DNA from: a virus | Virus record (IMG/VR): IMGVR_UViG_3300022745_000018 | Span: 107,910 to 171,909 of that record | Direction: 5' to 3' (one strand) | DNA length: 64,000 nucleotides | Part shown: positions 59,725 through 64,000 of the stretch, piece after piece | How the letters are laid out: each line of letters opens with the position of its first letter | How positions within the stretch are numbered: the stretch's first letter is position 1 | The notes under the pieces: generated by a model | What the model saw: only the letters and a program-made list of their open reading frames with translations | What the model was told of the DNA's origin: nothing | Database searches by the model: none | Program-made: the position numbers and the translations under genes

Positions 59725-59916
59725 TCATCGGATATTGAGCGAATGATTGCAAGCTGGACAATCAATGTATCGAACAACATCGCGGCCACCAGTGTAATCA
59801 GTTTCAACACGTTCTTTCACATCTTTAGGAACGTATTCAAGAACTGCGCCACAATGATAGCAGATTTTCTGCTTTACAACTGATGGGTGGCTATGCCCAA
59901 TTACTGTTACTGTCAT
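59725..59916 (-). CDS. Zinc-ribbon protein
   Basis: CYHCG...CPAC. Confidence 0.7.
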   Translation of the reverse strand: MTVTVIGHSHPSVVKQKICYHCGAVLEYVPKDVKERVETDYTGGRDVVRYIDCPACNHSLNIR

Positions 59917-60218
59917 TTTGAGTCCTTCAAAGTTTCGAAGATTAGGATGTCATCTTCAAAGTAAATCTTACAAAGAATTGGTGAATCTTTCGTTGGTTTG
60001 ATATCTTTGATGTGATAGAAAAATGTGTCAGAGAATTCTGTTTCAGCGATGGTCCATCTATCGGTGGTCATATCGTAACCAACTGCTTTGCTGTATTTCC
60101 AATAGAAGAAATCCAAAGGAAATAGAATTGCATAAAGAACCATCATGTGTGTTGGTAGAACCTGAGCATGATGGTACTTAGATCTGAAGTATTTCCAGAT
60201 TTTACGGCGCATGATCAT
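59913..60218 (-). CDS. Hypothetical protein
   Basis: Coupled ORF. Confidence 0.55.
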   Translation of the reverse strand: MIMRRKIWKYFRSKYHHAQVLPTHMMVLYAILFPLDFFYWKYSKAVGYDMTTDRWTIAETEFSDTFFYHIKDIKPTKDSPILCKIYFEDDILIFETLKDSK

Positions 60219-60624
60219 TCCTCTCCAGTATCAATGTATCTCTGTGTGCATGTTCTGCTAGTGCGGATACACGTCAAGAATCGACTCCACTTCTTCGCAT
60301 CTTCATGAGTGCAATACACAGTACCTGCAGCTATTGCATCATCCAGAGCATATTGCGATACTGCTAGAATTGTGGGGATACCGTCAAGACGGAGACCCCA
60401 ATAATTTCGATGTGCCGAGTATCGGCTTTTTGGCACGGTTTAGGCAACTCATAGCCCATGACATGAACCGTTTCTTCTAGTGCAATTCTATAAGTATTAC
60501 CAGGGTACCAAAGTGGCGTGTCCACATTCACCCATTTCCCATATACTCCATCGAATATCTGGATTGGTTTGCCTTCTGCCCAAGCGATGATGCATTCGTA
60601 ATGTTCGTGTCTTTGAGTTTTCAT
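60215..60624 (-). CDS. Hypothetical protein split by a one-base frameshift near an A5 run (~60427-60431)
   Basis: HEHYECIIAWAEG...YRI...ELPKP continues in another frame as ...GTVYCTHEDAKK; joined architecture parallels 51317..51730. Confidence 0.55.
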
Positions 60625-61261
60625 GATTGTTTATCCACGGCGGCGTAATAACGAGGAGATGTTTCTTCAGATAGTTTCTTGCTATCGGCCGCCGCCTTCA
60701 ACCCAAGCAAATAACCACCAACAAATAATGATTGTGTTACTGCATAGAAGATCAATCCGACGACAAGAGTGGAGATCTTCGTAACCACCAATCCACCGAA
60801 GAAGGAGATTAGAAATGCGGCAAATAAGCCAGCAATCAACAATAAACCAGTTTTGCGGGGTACTTTCAGATCATGCATAATGAACCTCAATAGGATAGAT
60901 TGGTGCGACCAAAGGAATCTTTCTTTCTCACCTTTGCGTTAATGAAGATGACGTTCTTGACAAGCCAACCACCAGAATCAACATCCTTTTCGGTGACGAA
61001 TTGATCATAATCCCAATGGTTGTATTTTCTGTAATCTTTTCGTAGGGTGGCGAGTTCTTCGGCATTTGGTTGATATGCAACCGGAGACCCATCTTCTACA
61101 CGCGTCATCTTAACGTACGAATCGAAACTCAATTTCGTCAATGTAGATGGAACCAAGGTCTTATCGATGTCCATCCAATCTTGGGCGAGTCCGTTCCACA
61201 ATAAGATGTCTGGATCACCTTCAATAGAATTTAGAATCTCGATGAGTTTAGACTTTTTCAT
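60621..61261 (-). CDS. Membrane protein (60621..60890) and hypothetical protein (60887..61261)
   Basis: Two hydrophobic helices in the first; MKKSKLIE.L..IEGDP.I.LWNG motif in the second. Confidence 0.6.
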
Positions 61262-61590
61262 TTCGTCCCTTGATCGCGATAACCGCCTTACAAATTGCTT
61301 GCCTAGTAGCCGCTAACTTATCACCATTGACAACGAGTACTTTATTCTGAATGCTCCATAACCCGCTTAGACTATAATGATATGCTAATGCTTCAGTTTC
61401 GCCACAGGTATGAACGATGTTTTGATCCACAGACAACCGCATAGCGTCACCATCGTCTGCGAGTGGATTCCACCATCGACGCACCCCCCAAATTATCGAG
61501 AATTTGTAATCCCAAAAAATCATGAGCATTGATGACTGTGTAGCCGAGAAATGTTGCTAGTTCTCGCAACATTGAATGATCATTTTTCAT
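61248..61590 (-). CDS. Paralog of 51770..52135, frameshifted at a G6 run (61484-61489)
   Basis: MKNDHSMLRELATFLG...LGLQILDNLG joins VRRWWNPLADDGDAMRL if one G is removed. Confidence 0.65.
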
Positions 61591-61834
61591 TGCGTCCCTT
61601 TGCCTTACGAGTTTTCTTCTCAGCACGCTTGCGGTCAATTTCTTTGTTGCGTTCTTTCTCTTCGTCTGTCAACCCTTGAAGCGGTTTGTTGTAGTGCTTA
61701 CGAGCAAGCTGCCTTGGAGGCAGAACACCAAATGCTCGCTTTACATCATTGGATGCCATGCAAAGAACTTCTGGGTTTGATAGAACATACCCCTGTGCTG
61801 CGGCTAACAATAAACCCAAATCAGTTTTGTTCAT
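61580..61834 (-). CDS. Basic hypothetical protein
   Basis: ORF with K/R-rich tail. Confidence 0.55.
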   Translation of the reverse strand: MNKTDLGLLLAAAQGYVLSNPEVLCMASNDVKRAFGVLPPRQLARKHYNKPLQGLTDEEKERNKEIDRKRAEKKTRKAKGRNEK

Positions 61835-61835
61835 T

Positions 61836-62246
61836 TTAGATACCCATTACAATTTTGAGTGCTTCGGAGTGTGCTTTAGCAGATTCTTCAGTGAGATGGA
61901 TGTAATAATCGTTAATAGACGTGGAGCCATCACTGAAGTACCCGGTGCACCAAGCGAGGACGTTGGATAGAGACCCAACGTGGATTACCCATATCGGTGT
62001 ATCATTCCGAGGTGGCAATTTCTTAAGTGGTTCATTGAACTTAATTACACGATCACCAACGATAACTTTGATCGTCTTTGGTTTGCGACAGTACAATATG
62101 TTTGGCGACCACCCACACGCGGCCTCTAGATTAACCCAACAACCCAAAAAGGCATTCCAACGCTGCCATCGTTTCCAGGGTTCGCTGGTCTCTAGTGCAT
62201 CTTCTGCATAGAGACGCATATTTTCTGCATGTACATGAGCTGACAT
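61836..62246 (-). CDS. Hypothetical protein, paralog of 51317..51730
   Basis: Shared AHVHAENMRLYAEDALETSEPWKRW and RKPKTIKV. Confidence 0.75.
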   Translation of the reverse strand: MSAHVHAENMRLYAEDALETSEPWKRWQRWNAFLGCWVNLEAACGWSPNILYCRKPKTIKVIVGDRVIKFNEPLKKLPPRNDTPIWVIHVGSLSNVLAWCTGYFSDGSTSINDYYIHLTEESAKAHSEALKIVMGI

Positions 62247-62528
62247 TTAGTCTACTTTCAGTGAGCTGCGTGGAAGAAAACAGTTCATCAGTTTCCCGTT
62301 TTCACGATTCAGATGATGGTTGATTCCAATCAAATCATGAAAGAAATCCAAAACACCGAATTCGTAAAGAGCATCGAGATCTAGTGGATTCCCATTAGCA
62401 TGACATGCCACAAGATTCATCGTATGATGCAAGCGGTATTCATTTGGAATCAAAAAGATACTGACGGCTCTATCAATGATCTTCTCGATCTTTTCGTGAT
62501 CTGATTTTTCAATCTTGAATGAAATCAT
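62247..62528 (-). CDS. Hypothetical protein, paralog of 41523..41807
   Basis: ACH.NG..LDL..L....F..D..GI...(L/I)....GKL.N...P in both. Confidence 0.7.
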   Translation of the reverse strand: MISFKIEKSDHEKIEKIIDRAVSIFLIPNEYRLHHTMNLVACHANGNPLDLDALYEFGVLDFFHDLIGINHHLNRENGKLMNCFLPRSSLKVD

Positions 62529-62554
62529 ATAAGTTTCCAACAATGTATGGATGA

Positions 62555-62581
62555 ATTTTATACACACAATGTTTATGTGGT
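62555..62581 (-). promoter_or_regulatory. Class B promoter cassette
   Basis: ACCACA-N15-TAAAAT-TCATCCAT. Confidence 0.75.
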
Positions 62582-62973
62582 CATTTCAGAAGATTATCCG
62601 GAATTTCAACGTATTCACCGAACACCTTCTTTACATAACAACGCATAGCAGCCTCCATCGGGCTTTCGCCTCGGGCATGGATGGCCAACTCGTTCTCATC
62701 GTATTGGTGCATCGCTCTCCAATTATTTGCAGGGAAAGAATGTCTTTCCTTTCCGATTCGATAGATCTTCGGTGATATTACAGAGATCTTCTCACGTTCG
62801 GTGATGATTCCGCACTGATGACGATCTGTAGATGGTCTAAACGACGGCGACGGGAACACCGGGTAGGACAGATCATCGTGGTTGAATGGTTGCTTTAAAC
62901 CGCGGAGAGCTTCCGCTTTACCAACAGCATAATCAAGAACGCGATTCTCTAATGTGTCTGTATTGACTTTCAA
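62581..62973 (-). CDS. DUF2591/NinX-like protein
   Basis: L....LDYAV..A, PSTD..Q.G.I.EREKI, G.SP..AAMRCYV...G..VEIP. Confidence 0.75.
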   Translation of the reverse strand: MKVNTDTLENRVLDYAVGKAEALRGLKQPFNHDDLSYPVFPSPSFRPSTDRHQCGIITEREKISVISPKIYRIGKERHSFPANNWRAMHQYDENELAIHARGESPMEAAMRCYVKKVFGEYVEIPDNLLK

Positions 62974-63002
62974 TCTGAATCTCCAAGCATCTAGATTCCT
63001 TT

Positions 63003-63998
63003 CTAGTCATTGATAGGAGTTACTGATTCAACCAACTTGATTGCATCATTCAGCACACTTTTCGTGAGTTCGTGATCACTTTGATGCTTTTGGTATACTG
63101 ACAATCCAGATAGTAATCGTTCAACGTTTTTCAGCTTCTGAACGATCTCACCTTGCGTCTTTGCAGTCGGAGCAAATTCAGTAAAGCTAGAAATCCATTG
63201 CTTAACAATCTTCCTGATGGTATTTTTCGTTTGCGTGTGTTTCGTCTTGACTTCATCGAAACTTCCATTGAACACTCGGATTCCATTGGAATCACCTTCA
63301 TACTTCTTCAGGTATGGGATGGCGATAGTCAAGTATGTGAATTTCCATCCACCTGCTTCCGAATAGAGAATCTTTCCATCTCGAATCCCAGTCGGTTGAA
63401 TATGAAACGATTTCGTCGCATCCAAGGGCACATAAAACAAACTGGTTCGTGTAAAGTCTCGAGATTCATACCCATTCTCTTCCAAGACTTCTTTGACGAT
63501 AGAAGCGACGTGCTGCGAAATACGATACTGATAGACCGTGCTCGTCAAATCACCAGAGATCTTTCGGATCGGCTCAACGAATTCCAAGGGTGCATGCAAA
63601 TTACCAACGATATCAATTGTTATTGGTCGATACTCAATCACCGTTTCAATGCGAGGTAACCAGAGATCAACAAATTTCTCATATTTGTGACGGCTTTCAA
63701 TGTCTCGCCAAACAGTGTCACCATCATCGTCATTGAAAGCACGATGCAGTCGCATATCTCTCAGTGTGTTATCATACTCAGATGGTGATATGAATTTTGT
63801 CTGGTCTTCACGAGATCGGTAATCCGCAATAATTCGGTTCTCGACGACATCTTCAATCTTGTTGTTTTCATGGAAGACGACACCGTGGTCATTGTAATCA
63901 ATTTTCTTGATCGTTTCACCATTGATTCTAATGATCCCACGGATCTCTTTTGAATATAGTAGGTCACCTTCTTGACGGTATGCTTTACAGACTTTTAT
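63003..63998 (-). CDS. Hypothetical protein, 5' end beyond the window
   Basis: The frame of 63003..63755 stays open upstream to the window edge (IKVCKAYRQEGDLL...TLRDMRLH). Confidence 0.7.
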   Translation of the reverse strand: MKVCKAYRQEGDLLYSKEIRGIIRINGETIKKIDYNDHGVVFHENNKIEDVVENRIIADYRSREDQTKFISPSEYDNTLRDMRLHRAFNDDDGDTVWRDIESRHKYEKFVDLWLPRIETVIEYRPITIDIVGNLHAPLEFVEPIRKISGDLTSTVYQYRISQHVASIVKEVLEENGYESRDFTRTSLFYVPLDATKSFHIQPTGIRDGKILYSEAGGWKFTYLTIAIPYLKKYEGDSNGIRVFNGSFDEVKTKHTQTKNTIRKIVKQWISSFTEFAPTAKTQGEIVQKLKNVERLLSGLSVYQKHQSDHELTKSVLNDAIKLVESVTPIND

Positions 63999-64000
63999 TT

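Noticed and set aside
51648-62243. Repeat pair as DGR template/variable repeats
   Set aside because: No reverse transcriptase in the window, both copies are at gene 5' ends, and there are too few mismatches to show adenine-specific mutagenesis
63761-63967. 68-aa minus-strand ORF
   Set aside because: Alternative frame within the upstream extension of the 63003 gene

Overview
A 64-kb segment of a large lytic T4-like myovirus genome, divergent from T4 itself. The host is probably Gram-negative; a betaproteobacterium is a weak inference from a mosaic early gene block. Left to right: (1) the 5' end of gp32 (ssDNA-binding protein) with an H-type pseudoknot in its leader; (2) an NAD+ salvage pair (NadV/Nampt and NadM-Nudix) next to a Pol-beta-type nucleotidyltransferase, a putative 2OG-Fe(II) oxygenase and a SprT-like protease; (3) a late module of probable fibre/virion proteins plus a ClpP-like protease; (4) a ~540-bp non-coding, hairpin-rich, origin-like region; (5) gp4, gp2, gp55, gp47 and gp46; (6) a baseplate/tail cluster (gp29-like, split VrlC-like, gp8, gp7, gp6, gp25, gp5 with GH19 and M15 domains, gp27, gp53, gp48, gp54, gp26, gp51); (7) ~25 kb of short minus-strand accessory genes. 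Signals read directly from the sequence: an 11-copy promoter cassette AC(T/C)ACA-N15-TANAAT; a variant late promoter RTTAAAT(T); a slippery T-TTT-TTC site that could fuse gp26 to gp51 by -1 frameshift; tandem GC-GTA-GC DNA mini-hairpins; four single-base frameshifts (three at homopolymer runs); and one in-frame amber codon. No tRNA, rRNA, CRISPR array or integrase was seen. Gene calls come from motif recognition and synteny, not database searches.
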